Positions 47,080 through 59,202 of a DNA stretch of 64,000 nt are shown piece after piece. Positions within the stretch are counted from its first letter, which is position 1. Every line of letters starts with the position of its first letter. Below the pieces are notes generated by a model that was not told the origin of the DNA, did no database searches, and saw nothing but the letters and a program-made list of their open reading frames with translations. The DNA comes from Octopus sinensis (lineage: Eukaryota), in assembly GCF_006345805.1 (NCBI RefSeq), contig NW_021834150.1:1-64000 (forward strand). The letters run 5' to 3'. The position numbers and the translations under genes are program-made.

Positions 47080-47608
47080 ACATCAGTCGGTTTCGTAGAA
47101 AGAAAATTCTGACGGAGGGGTGTATATGTTGTCAATAGTGGTCTTTCCAAATTTAGTATTCAAGATAATTCCAGATATTTCTGATACGCCGTCCTGAATT
47201 GTTGTCTTGAGGTAATCCGTAGAGTCCGTATAGTGCAAAACGTTTTTGATAATGAACAGATGGCCCTCGCCAAGTCGGTTTAGCCGGTCCAAGCGGATAC
47301 AGTTATATCCCGACAATGAGTGAGTACAAGAGGGAGGTTTTAATCTGGTTTCTTGCAAGGCAGCTACATCGATGTTGTGCTTTTTAAAGGTATGTCCGTA
47401 ATTCAAGAACTTTTCCTTCTATTTCATTGATGTTCAGTTGGAGTATGGTTAGATGGGGTCCTGGATTCTTCTCAACATCGCCCGAAAGCAGAATGCTCAA
47501 GCCTTTTGTCCATTGGGGGCTGAGGATTGTCGTCTGGAAAATTCCAGCTGGGAAGAGTAAATGGTCCTTTTTTCGAATGCTTTAGGAGCATTCTGTGCGC
47601 CTCCAGAA
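47080..47608 (-). mobile_element. 5' part of an APE-type LINE ORF with a 2A-like peptide immediately before the endonuclease
   Basis: LSILLSGDVEKNPGP-HLTILQLNIN...DVAALQET...RLDR. Confidence 0.85.
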
Positions 47609-48701
47609 CAGTGTTCCCTCTAAGCTGCGCGCGTGCGCGGCCGCGCAGCAGTTTGCACCTTGCTGCGCAGCGAAATTTTTTTCTGCGCAGTAGAAAGTAT
47701 AATATTAAAAATTGCTATTTTTTTAATTTTTTATATGAATTTATATATTCTTATTTTCATTTCAAAACGAAAACGTGTCTATAATATTGATATGAGACTT
47801 AAGAAAAATTCTCCTTCTTTTAAGCCGGAATGGTTGATAGAGTACGTCGAAACCTTAACACCAGATTCAAAAATTCCCCAACATGTGCAACTGGGTGATA
47901 TTTTTAGTTTTTCCGAAGACTGCGGAGTTGTTTGTAAAATATGTGGCGACGCTAAAGCGACTTGTGATTTTGCGAGTGGAAAAACCTGGGATATATGGAA
48001 ATTGGATTATCTGAAGAGACATATTACCCATAAAATTCATTCAGATTCAATAATAAAATTAAGATGAATTCGAGCAGGAACTGGAATCAGCTGCTTGCTC
48101 ACAGAGTCTAAGGATGACCGACAGATGAGATTCAAAATGAGTGATCGTGCACGAAGTAAAATTGAAAAAGTGAAAATTCTCATTGACAATGTTAGTCCCA
48201 CTCATAAAACTGCAGTCGGAATATACAGATCTCAAGTTTATTTTAAAAGAAAAACTGCACTCTGGTGCTTTGAAAACATTTGAAGATGTAATTTACTATA
48301 TACTAGCGGAGAAAAAATTTTCAGCCACTGCAACATTTGTGGATATTTGTGGCACATTTCAAGCGTCGAGTGCTGATGCTGAACGTGGATTTAGTTTGAT
48401 GAACTGTATCAAAACTAAACTACGTAATAGACTTGAGATTGACCATTTGGAGATGATCATGCGAATCAAGTTCTATTTAACAAGTGGGAATACAGTGGAT
48501 CTTGATCGAGTATACAAATTTTGAATACAAAATAAAAACAGAAGAGAATATCCAATTGACTAGACCTATTTTTTTAACCATTGGTTTTTTAATTGTAAAA
48601 TTTCCCCCCCCCCAAAAATTTTTTGCACACGTCACTTTATAACGCTGCACAATGCAATGTGCCCAGCGCGCATAGCTACCACTCGCTTAGAGGGAACACT
48701 G
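47609..48701 (+). mobile_element. Internally deleted hAT element with 17-bp perfect TIR
   Basis: CAGTGTTCCCTCTAAGC; TSD CTCCAGAA/CTCCAGAG; remnant SSADAERGFSLMNCIKTKLRNRL. Confidence 0.92.
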
Positions 48702-49377
48702 CTCCAGAGTTGTAACAATAGGTGAACCGCATGACGCAAAAATTAATCATTATGTGAAGAAAAATAAAAAATGAAGAAAATTAAAAGCAGGAGTAAAATA
48801 CATGTTTTGTAAAAACAACGCTTTCTTGTCAACATTAAATTAGGATGCAGTTTACCTATTTGTTTACTATTAGCTTCATTAAGTTTTAAAGTATTAAATA
48901 ATATTAAAAATAATCTTTTTTGTTGCTTAACAGTTGAAAACTCGATTTTTTGTTAAAAACACAAAAATATGGGATTTATTTTTCTTTATTTTCGTTTATA
49001 CTTTTCAAAATGAATATTAAATTTGTGAAGATTTGGTACTAGAGATACGCTCTTGTTTTGTTTTTCGGGAGCATTAGCATAAGATGACATGAAATTTTAA
49101 TAAATGATTTTTTCACAGTTTTAGAAATTTATTGTCACTAGTTTTTTAGTGGACTAGGTTTTTACGAACCAGGTACGTATATTAAAATAAAAAATAGATA
49201 AAAAGTAAAGATTTCGAGGAGGACAATTAACGATATTTCGAAGATGCGTGAAAGGATTTTCGCACAATATAAAAGCGTCAATTCTTTTACAAAAACTTTA
49301 AAACAGCTGAAATATCCGGAACTATATGAAAAGCTCGTCGAGTGGATAGATCTTATGGAATCGAAAGGTATTTTTAA

Positions 49378-51441
49378 CAGGGTTGTTAGATTTAAATCAT
49401 TTGATTTTAATCAACAATAAAAATCAATGATTTAAATCATTAAAAAAAATCAAAAAAATCATTTAAATTTTTTTAAATGTCTGGAAGAAAGCGTGATTCT
49501 TTGTGGGCTTATTTTGATAAACGTATTATTCCTGGAAAGACCGGAAGTCGTGCCAGATGTCGTAATTGTGGGAAGGACATACAAGGTCTTGTATCTCGGA
49601 TGAGGCAGCATCATTTATTATGTCGAAGTAATATTGATATCCCTGAAAATATGCCGAGACCTGAAAGCGAATTTCCTCCAAGGATGAAGGACCATTCATT
49701 AATCAATTTCGTAACTACGACGACTTCATCTAAGAAAGATTTGATGGATCTGCAACTCGCTAGATACATATTTTCTACAAACACTCCGTTTGCTGCTGTA
49801 GAACATCCCGAATTTGTCAAATTCGTCCAAATGCTTCTTCCTGGGTATCGTTTACCCTCTCGTCATCAAATTGGTGGTACATTACTTGATCATGTGTACG
49901 ACCAAATACATGAAGACTGTCGACAAAGACTCCAGGACAAAACAGTGTCTATGATGTTGGACGGGTGGAGCAACATTCATAATGAACCCGTTATTTGTGT
50001 CTCGGTTGTGACATCAGATGGGGAAAATTATCTCATTGACACTGTGGACACTTCTGGATATAGCCACACTGCGGAATATCTTCAATCTGTTGCTTTAGCC
50101 TCCGCACAATTGGCTGAACAACGGTTTGGATGTAAAATCGGCAGTCTTGTAACGGATAATGCTGCCAACATGACTAAAATGAGACGGATAATGATGGAAG
50201 ATGGCAATGAAATAATTACTTATGGTTGCTCGGCACATTATCTCAACCTTCTTGTGAAGGATGTCGAGGTAGCGGACGTTAAAGGAACTATTGTAACAAT
50301 CAATAAATATTTCCGAAACGTCCATCTTCCAGCTGCATGGTACAAATCTAATGGAGGAAAAAAACTCGTTCTTCCGATTGATGTACGGTGGAACACTTTA
50401 TCAGACTGTTTTCAATCTTATCTGGATAATTGGTCTATTATTTTGAGAACTTGTGAGGAACACAGAACGGATATTGATACAGAGATTTTTTCCAAGGTCC
50501 AAAATATTTCCCTAAAACGACGCGTTGAAGAATATCTGATGCTTATTAAACCAATTGCTGTCGCTTTAGATAAAATTCAGAATGATTCTACCACGATTAG
50601 TCAGGCTGTAGAAATTTGGAAAGAACTTGAACAGACATATATTGACAATGGATGTACGAATATTTTAGGAAAAGTGAGAATTCGAGCAAAACAAGCATTA
50701 ACACCTTTCCACTTACTTGCGAATTTGATCGACCCGACATGTAGTGGGAAATCTCTTTCAAATGTTGAGATTGACATTGCATTGAGTTATTGTGCTCAAA
50801 ATTATGAATATGCACTTCCGACTCTGATTAATTTCAGAGCAAAAGCTGATCCATTTAAACAATACATGTTTGCTCCGAATTTATTGAGTAAAGTATCACC
50901 TATAGCTTGGTGGGAGTCGAATTCATACCAGTTACCTTCACAAGTAATTTCACTATGCAAAAAAATTCTTGGAGCAGTTGCTTCGACAGGTGGAATAGAA
51001 AGAATCTTTTCAACATTCGGATTTCTACATTCAAATGTACGCAATAGGCTGGGGATCGAAAAAGCAGCCAAACTTGTTTCCATTTACAAGCTTTTAAATA
51101 AATAAAAACGATTTCCATTGTTTTTGTTTTTTATTTTAGTTCGCTTTGAAATATTTTTTTATTATTAACCCGAAGACCATAAAGAAAGAAAGCGTAATGC
51201 AAACTAGTTAAGTGATCCCGGTGGACATAAGGAACTACGATAGATCGTTCTGCGTGGCCGTTTTTCAGTGTTTATGTACAAAGAGAGAGGTTCTCTGATA
51301 AGCCAGGTGGAAAGGGTCGTTTTGAAATAAAGATCATTTAATTCAAAAAAATCTGATTTAAATCAAAAAAATCGTGATTAAATCAAAAAAATCAGATTTT
51401 TTTGATTTTTTTGAAAAAAATCATGATTTTTAACAACCCTG
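49378..51441 (+). mobile_element. Complete hAT transposon with perfect 8-bp TSD
   Basis: TIR CAGGGTTGTTA; ATTTTTAA on both sides; subterminal GATTTAAATCA repeats. Confidence 0.96.
49477..51105 (+). CDS. hAT transposase (BED-like zinc finger, DDE, dimerisation domain), 542 aa, intronless
   Basis: W..F...CRNC..MRQH, LDGWSN, VTDNAANM, CSAH, RWN, ASTGGIERIFS. Confidence 0.95.
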   Translation: MSGRKRDSLWAYFDKRIIPGKTGSRARCRNCGKDIQGLVSRMRQHHLLCRSNIDIPENMPRPESEFPPRMKDHSLINFVTTTTSSKKDLMDLQLARYIFSTNTPFAAVEHPEFVKFVQMLLPGYRLPSRHQIGGTLLDHVYDQIHEDCRQRLQDKTVSMMLDGWSNIHNEPVICVSVVTSDGENYLIDTVDTSGYSHTAEYLQSVALASAQLAEQRFGCKIGSLVTDNAANMTKMRRIMMEDGNEIITYGCSAHYLNLLVKDVEVADVKGTIVTINKYFRNVHLPAAWYKSNGGKKLVLPIDVRWNTLSDCFQSYLDNWSIILRTCEEHRTDIDTEIFSKVQNISLKRRVEEYLMLIKPIAVALDKIQNDSTTISQAVEIWKELEQTYIDNGCTNILGKVRIRAKQALTPFHLLANLIDPTCSGKSLSNVEIDIALSYCAQNYEYALPTLINFRAKADPFKQYMFAPNLLSKVSPIAWWESNSYQLPSQVISLCKKILGAVASTGGIERIFSTFGFLHSNVRNRLGIEKAAKLVSIYKLLNK

Positions 51442-51669
51442 ATTTTTAATATTTTAGAGTTTTAAGGTGCATTACTAAATGATGTCTTAATACCCAGCAA
51501 GACCGAAATTTTTGCTCTAGATCTTTCTCTCGATAATTTTAAGAACTCTGCCGGATTCTTGTTCAAGTTTAAAAAAGACATGAATTCCGTCTGAGAAAAT
51601 TGCATGGGCAGATGAAAACTGATAAAAAAGTTGACATCGAAGGATTTTTAAATGAATTTCAAAATCTAT

Positions 51670-51910
51670 CCAAGTCCTATACTCCCGCTTTAAGACGGCA
51701 TGTCGCCCTCACAGCGGAACCTGTCTAAATGCCACTCCACTGCCAAGGATTGGGAACCTTCTGGACAGCGAGTCCGTACGGACTGGAATTTGTTTACGTC
51801 TCGGTCTTCGCCTATGCGAGCCACATGTCTGCCGCTGTGGCGCGAAAATCTGTCGCTTTGGACTGCACGCTTTATCGTGTAGACGCAGTGCTGGCCGCAT
51901 CCAGCTGCTC
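51670..51910 (+). mobile_element. CRE/HERO-like zinc-knuckle fragment
   Basis: SGTCLNATP...GICLRLG..CEPHVCRCG...HALSC. Confidence 0.8.
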
Positions 51911-52019
51911 TTAACGACCTTATTAGGAGAGCCCTGGAAGTGGAAATGAATAAATCAATTTAAAAAACTTGACGAATTAACTTTTAATGGTTTTCGTCGA
52001 TTGGGGGAAAATTCCTTTT

Positions 52020-52350
52020 CTATTTCGGGTACATTAATCAAAACCATCGCGAAAAAAATATCGACAAATTAAATTATTGAACATCTTTTAAGGCCTCAAA
52101 CGTTTGGTTAGACCGAATTAAGGAGAGACATGATATGGTTTTTAAAACCATTTGTTTAAAGTATATTACACAAACTTCCTAATAGACTTTATGTTTAATT
52201 TGAAAGAAAATATAACAATTAATCCTAAATCTTTGAAAAATATAGATATGCGACAGATTATGGTACTTGTTAGAAAAGCGTGGATGGAGGTTAAAGAAAC
52301 AACGATAATTGTTGAAAGAAAATTGAGGAAAATAGAGAAGAATTAATTGA
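52020..52350 (+). mobile_element. pogo/Tigger remnant
   Basis: FKASNVWLDRIKERH. Confidence 0.65.
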
Positions 52351-54029
52351 AAATAAAAATTGCGGAGAAGTCCTGGAAGATATAATAACTGAAGTAATAT
52401 CTGAAGAAAACGAAGATCTAGTAAAAGTCGCGAATTTTATAATGGAATTGGCACAGAAGACAGAACCATATTAGAAAGGTATGAAATGGTTAATATGATG
52501 GAAGATAAAAGTATTATCTCCATGTCAACATTTTGGAAGATGGGTTAAAATGGATTTAATTATCAAGATTACAAGCATCCATATCTTACTACAATGAACT
52601 ACAACTATAACAATAAAATACTAAAGAATCAAAATAGTGTGTGGATAGAAATAATTTTAATTGAAAAACCCATATTAATAGAGATTAATTAATTGATAAA
52701 GTGAAAACAAATTTGCTTGTAAAAGAAATTTTATCCAAGATATTTTACAGCAGTCAATTTAATTAATCTTCAAACAAATAAAAAACCAAAAATATTGTAA
52801 AAATAAAACATTGATAGCAAGAAACGATCAAATAAAAAATAAAAACAGAAATGCACAACACAAGATAAAAATATGACGTGAATAACACGTGAATAATTTA
52901 TTTTATTTAATTCGATAATTAAAATAATTAGAAAATAAATTAAATAACATTTAATATCGTCAGTCTATTTGAGCAAACAAAGTGAATTCAACCGGTTAAC
53001 ATTAATGAGACGTCCAGTGTACGAGCATACCAACTCCTTTTTTGACGATAAGGCCAATCAAAATGTCAAAAATTATGTCACCTGTTTTCTGATCAAAGTC
53101 AGGACAATTATTCTTTGGACCAGTCAATAAAAATTGATTTAAACTTTTCTAATTTATCGGAGATAAACAAACTATATTGAACTTTGTAATTGACAAATTG
53201 AATTATGCAGATGACATTTGAAGTTTGTTATTGTCAAATTGACTTGAAAATGGTATAGTTTTCTCAGCTTTCCAAGATTTAAGCGATTATTAAATTTCAG
53301 TTTTGGGAACATTGTTAAAAAAATATTATGTTAAAAATCACCCAAGGACTCAAAATTTTAATCTGGAAGATAATGAAATTATTAATGCATCTTTAAAAAA
53401 TTCATCGGTTTTTTCATAATAGGCATTATGCATCTTTTGAAATCTTCAGCATAATGCTTTTTCAGTCATTAAAAAAGTCCATATTTACCCGCTATAATTT
53501 GCAATGGTTAAAGTTGCAACTTCTAAAAACTCCGAAGTCTTACTTATAATCAATTCCGATAATGGAAAAAAGTTTAAGAACTCAAAATAGTTAAGTTTTG
53601 TGGTTGAGTTATGTGCATCTCTCAAACCCCGTAAAGTACGTTTGTAATATGGTTTTATCTTGCTCATCTTACTGTAAAACTAACGAAACTGAGAACCGAA
53701 TCAGAAATGTGTTAAAAATCTCAGTGCCTTTACAGAAAACAACTTTACAGAAGTTGAAAAAAAGGAGAGAAATTTATTTAAAAAATTTCATTTTAAAAAA
53801 TAGTAAAACATTCTAATGTCATTTTATACGAGTACAGTTAGAATGAAATACGACAAATTATATTAGGGAGTTTTACAGTGCAAAATTAAGGGGCTGGCTT
53901 TATGATTTGCAGCTTTCCTTTTTTTACCTGAAAACAATTGAAATTCTGTTTTTCCCTTCTGTTTTTCTATTTTTACCATTTTTCTAAGTTCATCAAAATA
54001 CAGGTTATTTCGATCAGAAAAAATACGTG

Positions 54030-54320
54030 CTGATAATTAACAATCGCTCTAAATCTCTAAATTTAAAAGAAAAAATGCTATTATTGAATACTGCAAAAAA
54101 CAAACATGTAAAACATACTACAGTTTCCAAAATATTTTCCTTGCTAGTCAAAAAGAAAATCAACCGTCGATTTATTAAAAATCATCTTAATAATAAAGCA
54201 GAACTAAAAAAGCTTTTGCTTTAAATGGAAATTTGAATTTTATATCACCAAATATGAAATTCAAAACTATTGACTCTAAGTTAAAGGAATTAGTCGATAT
54301 GATTGAAGCTTTAATAATGA
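54030..54320 (+). mobile_element. pogo/Tigger N-terminal remnant
   Basis: RSKSLNLKEK HTH start; similar to 49200-49377. Confidence 0.45.
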
Positions 54321-55628
54321 CGCAATCTTCAAGGAAAAACCAAACTATTAACTACCTCCTATTTATGGACGATATAAAGCTGTTTTTGCATCATAATGAC
54401 GTAATGGAAATGATGATAGGAGAAGTAAAATTGTTTTATGACCCAGCTGGGTTGGAAAAAAAACGCTGAAAAATCTGCGACGAATGTCAAGTCTTTGTCT
54501 ATGAAAGCTTGCTTACTTGATGGGTTGGATGGAAACCGATATCTGGGGGTTCTCAAAGATAAAAATAGCAACGTTCTAAAAAATAATGTTATGGAAAAAA
54601 TCTATGAAGAAGCATGGAAGAGAATTAAATACTTGATCCAAACTGAATTAAACTCAGTAAACTTGTCCAAGAATATAAACGAACACGCACTTTCCCTTTA
54701 TAACTATTACATTAAACCGATTGATATTAAGTCCGGAGAGTTTGAGCACATTGATAAAAATATCTGTCGAATTCTTATAAACTGCCATATCCACTTGAAA
54801 CCGGCAAACAAAAAAAGACTATCTTCCAAGAAAGGAATTTGGGAGAGGCCGAAAGTCAGTTAATAATAAAGCAGAGAGTATGCTTCTTCAATTTTATAGT
54901 GATTTGAAATATAAGGAGATCCACTGCGTAAGAAGAGCAAGAATTCTGTCATTGATCTAAAGAAAACACATATGGCGAGAATTTTTATCACGAGAATACA
55001 ATAAAAATGTAAATGAACTAACAATATCTGACATGATGAAAATTCAACGTGAATATTATTATTATTAGACGCACTTTTCGCGATGCCATGGATCATGACA
55101 AAGCTTGTGCGGCCACATAAGATCAAGACAGAGAGAGAACATGTTATTAAGAAACTATGGGCAGTAAAGCTGCATATTGACAGTAGAAGAATTGGATCAG
55201 TGAAGTTAAACCGAGGAATTTTACAGGGAGACTCATTGTTTCCTTTACTATTTGTAATGGTATTAAATCCTCCAAGCAGAATCCTTAATTCCGTGTTTCA
55301 AAAACTTGAAATTAACCAGGAAGATCCCAATATGTTAACATATTCTACTAATCATTTGCTATTTATTGACGATCTATTTCATGCTATAAATGAATATGCA
55401 TTGTCACTATATAATTATTATATTGGGCTAATCAATATTGAACCTTCTGAATTTGATGATATTGACAGACAAATACGGCAATTGCTTACGTAACTCAGAT
55501 TACATCTCAAACCTGCAAATAAAGAGAGACTGTATTTAAACTGGAAGGCTCTTGGAAGAGGGTTTTCATCAATTATTTTCAAAAGTGAACTAATACTCTT
55601 TCAGTTCCTTACGAGTCTGGAAAATATG

Positions 55629-57217
55629 TCCGGGGGACCTTTTGCGGTTTAATTTCTTAATGGCATCCATTGTTTCTGTAATATTAATAGGACCGATTAT
55701 TCGAGTGTCTTGAATGTTTAGAATTTCATTGACTTCGCTATTTTGGTTGAAATTTTCGTGGAAATATTCCGAAATGATTGCAGTTTTTTCAGTTTCACTA
55801 ATGACTGTTCTTGCAAGTTTATCATGCACAGTAATATGGTTTATTCTTTTTCCTCTGTTTATTAAGCGAACAGCTTTAAACATCCTCGTTCCATCCTTAT
55901 ATTTTTTAATTTCAGCCACTTGCTCCTCAACTTCTTTTTGTAAGTGACGTTTTTGTATTGTTTTGATTTTTGTTAATATTCTTCCACGTTGTGTCTTCAG
56001 TTCCCTTTTCCTATTTGCCGTTAATGTTTTGAATTTAGACCAATCGAGCTGGCCGAAGTAATCACACGCATACTGAACAAAGCAATTAAAGAAAACGGAA
56101 ACTTAGATATTGGAAAAGGATTGCTAATTCCACTACCAAAACCCGGGAAACCGAGAGGACCTCTTGGCAACCTGAGGTCGATTATTCTACTATCGACATT
56201 GAGAAAGATATTATCGCTAATTATACTGACCCGAATCAAAAACCGAGTAAACAGTTTTCTATCCCATAGACAAAGTGGATTCAGGGAGGGAAGATCAACA
56301 GCTGATGTAATTTGGACATACAGATGGACTGGTGCCCTGTGCCAAAAATATAAAAGTATATTGAAATTTTTGGGGTAGACATGACTCGGGCCTTCGACTC
56401 CATTCACAGAGGGCTCCTTATGGAAGTATTAAAGAGCTTCCTCCATTCAGACGAAACAAGAATGATAAACCTTCTCCTAGTGAACACACTCGCCGTTAAA
56501 GTCGAAAAGACGACATCAAGATATTTGAAACAAATCCTTAAGCCGATCGGAAAGACGCATTGATGAATCATGGAAAAGGCTCAAAAAGTTGGGAACGTTC
56601 CTGGGAGACACAGAGGATGTTACCAGAAGGAAAATCCTTTCAAATGGAGCCTTTAGAAAGCGTATGTCTTTATAGGGAACTAAAAAGAAGCTAACTGGAA
56701 AAACGAAAATAAGGATATACAACTCGTTTGTATTGCCAATCCTTACTTACAACTGTAAAACCTGGGGACTCACAAAACTGGAAAATCAGAAACTAGACAG
56801 TTTCCATAGATCTCAATTACGTGCAGCACTCAACATCCGCTACCTGCAGAAGATCACAAACGACAACCTATACAAATTATGCAACTCAGAAATTCTTTCG
56901 ATCGAAATCCTGAAATCACGACAGAGGCTATTTGGCCACATTCTGCGGATGTACGTCGCCACTCCTGCTAACATTGCTATGGAAACATATTCCATGCAAT
57001 GCGGAGACGCATTCCGAGGAAGACCAAGGACAACACTTCCATAGGTGCTAAATCAGGATCTCAAAATTATTGGGAGAAAACTCGAAACTGCTGATGATCT
57101 CGACAACCTGAGAGAATTGGCAAAGACCTGGAGAAGGTTGTGTAACAGTATTGTTGTTCGCGCGGCACAAGGAAAGCTTAATTAGTTTTATGACTTCTCG
57201 GGAGTGCTTTTAATAAT
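55629..57217 (+). mobile_element. RTE-type LINE with inverted 5' segment (55629-~56038 on - strand), (TAA)n tail, 6-bp TSD
   Basis: The - segment ends KRSPG; the + segment starts PIELAEVI..LIPLPKPGK. AATATG at 55623-55628 and 57218-57223. Confidence 0.85.
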
Positions 57218-57272
57218 AATATGCTTAGGGAGGGCGAGGATTCTGCGTGTAATTAAAATGAATAAATGACAT

Positions 57273-58316
57273 TTGGCTATGATCGCAGGATTTCTATCCT
57301 GTAAATATGCAATTATTGATAAGAAGAGTATTACTATTGAGTCTCTAAAGTTCAGTCAGATACAATATTTACAAAAGAAAATTAGTTCTAAAGTACTACA
57401 CTCTGTGCTCTTCAAATGTATGGATGAACCTAATGTTGATTTACCTGCATCCTCATACTGGCTCTCTAATAGAAATAATGGGCCACGAAGCGAAGCATTG
57501 TATTGTCTTTTGAAAGATCGAAACTTGTTCTTTACATCCGCTGGCTCATTATGCAATCATTGTAAGAAAAGCAAGAAAACTGTTGATCACTTGGCTACTC
57601 AGTGTGGTAAAATGCTCAACAGTGATTATCTCCGGAGACACAATGAAGTTGTGAAGTGTATTCACCTTAACTTGTGCCGAATGTATAAACTTAAAAAAGC
57701 AAGACGATTGAAGGGACATTCTGTTCAGTCAACACTGTCGACGGGAAAAGTTGAAATCAGAGTTGATACAACAATCCTCACCAAAACAAAAGTAGAATAC
57801 AACAAACCAGATATTTTTGTCCACGACAAAATCAAAAACGAAATAAATCTAATTGAAGTGGGTATTACTTCACAGGATCGCCTCAAGCAAGTGGAGGTTG
57901 AAAAGTGTCACAAGTATGATCTACTGGCAAGTGAGCTTTCGCTTCTGTATAGTTGTCAAGTAAAAATAATTCCTGTGGTTATGACATGGGATGGAGTTGT
58001 CTCGAAATGCTTCAAAAATTATATGAAGAAACTATCTATTGAAGCAGGAACGGGGACATACATCCAATCCGTTGTACTGAAAAGAACGCTCGAGAGTATG
58101 ATGATCGAACACAAGCACGGAATGAAGGTATCTGGTGAAGAATACGCTTCTGCTTCCAACCGGTATGTGGAGATGGCATGGAAAGGTGAATACGACCCAA
58201 TGAATGCTAAAGAAGATGCAATGGTCGAATCAGATGTGGTAATGGGGAGTAAGAGGCAGCTGAAAGTAGGCTCTTCTTTCAAGAGAAAGAGAGTGGATAT
58301 CAGCGAGCTGGAGTGA
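57273..58316 (+). CDS. C-terminal zinc knuckle + restriction-like endonuclease of an RLE LINE
   Basis: CNHC..KTVDHLATQC, RRHNEVV, KPDIFVHDK, LIEVG, KYDLL. Confidence 0.85.
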   Translation: MAMIAGFLSCKYAIIDKKSITIESLKFSQIQYLQKKISSKVLHSVLFKCMDEPNVDLPASSYWLSNRNNGPRSEALYCLLKDRNLFFTSAGSLCNHCKKSKKTVDHLATQCGKMLNSDYLRRHNEVVKCIHLNLCRMYKLKKARRLKGHSVQSTLSTGKVEIRVDTTILTKTKVEYNKPDIFVHDKIKNEINLIEVGITSQDRLKQVEVEKCHKYDLLASELSLLYSCQVKIIPVVMTWDGVVSKCFKNYMKKLSIEAGTGTYIQSVVLKRTLESMMIEHKHGMKVSGEEYASASNRYVEMAWKGEYDPMNAKEDAMVESDVVMGSKRQLKVGSSFKRKRVDISELE

Positions 58317-58659
58317 GATCTGCCTCGTTTGTGATTAACTATTAATTTATTATTGTTCATGTCGTTAATAGGCTTTATAATTGATTCATTAGAAGAGAGT
58401 CTTTACATTGAGACTGAATACAACGAAAGTGAAGAACTTGAATAAAATAATTTAGAAAAAATAGAACAAGAAATTAGCGAAAAATCGTGTGAACAAAGTC
58501 AAAAAGTTGTTACTATTAACGAGGGTTTTATCGCTCTAAAAAAATTAAGAGTTATATAATCAAGAAGAATTCTTTAATATAGAAAATCTTGAGTATATTG
58601 AAAACATTAAGAAATACGAGTTGATACAACAATTCAAACAGAGTTGAAAATACAATATA

Positions 58660-59157
58660 AAAAACGCAACATTTTCCTCTACGATAAAAAAGAGAACCTA
58701 ATATGGTTTATTGAAGTGGGTGTGACTTCAATAGATAGCCTAAAGAGTTTAGAAGTAGAAAATTGCATAAATACAACATTTTAGCTAGTGAATTAGAACT
58801 GATTCACAAGGCTAAGGTGAAGATCGTGCCAATTGTTATTACGTGGGATGGAATCGTCTCAACATTCTACCGCACGTACATTGAGCTCCTTGGGATTAAG
58901 AACGTGTTCGTTCTTACATTCAGACTGTTACGCTGAAGGACACTCTAGAGAGCATGTTTGTCGAGTACAAACATGGCTTCAGTGAAATCCTGGACTCTGC
59001 AAATTCCGTAAATGGGGACTCGCTGAAATATAATTTCTCTATGAAGATCAGCAAGTCCCTTAAGAGACCCAGAGACTGCACGCTCCAGAAGGAGATTGAG
59101 GATCATGGCGGAAACGATCAAGGTGGACTCATGATGAACTCGGAAAACAAAAATTAA
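58660..59157 (+). mobile_element. RLE LINE C-terminal remnant
   Basis: FIEVGVTS, IVITWDGIV, ESMFVEYKHG. Confidence 0.8.
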
Positions 59158-59202
59158 TACGGCTGGATAGAATGAAAACTCGAGATATTGAAAACATTAG
59201 AT

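Larger units (their letters stand above)
49200..51640 (+). mobile_element. pogo/Tigger remnant split by the intact hAT
   Basis: KYPELYEKLVEWID before and NFKNSAGFLFKFKK after the insertion (CENP-B HTH). Confidence 0.6.
54330..58316 (+). mobile_element. RLE-type (R4/NeSL-like) LINE remnants, interrupted by an RTE insertion
   Basis: NYLLFMDDIKL, GILQGDSL, NHLLFIDD, HLKPANKERLY; after the RTE it continues HLAMIAGFL into ORF 57273-58316. Confidence 0.85.

Noticed and set aside
51285-51325. Hammerhead ribozyme core (CTGATAAG...GGAAA)
   Set aside because: Lacks CUGANGA and convincing flanking stems.
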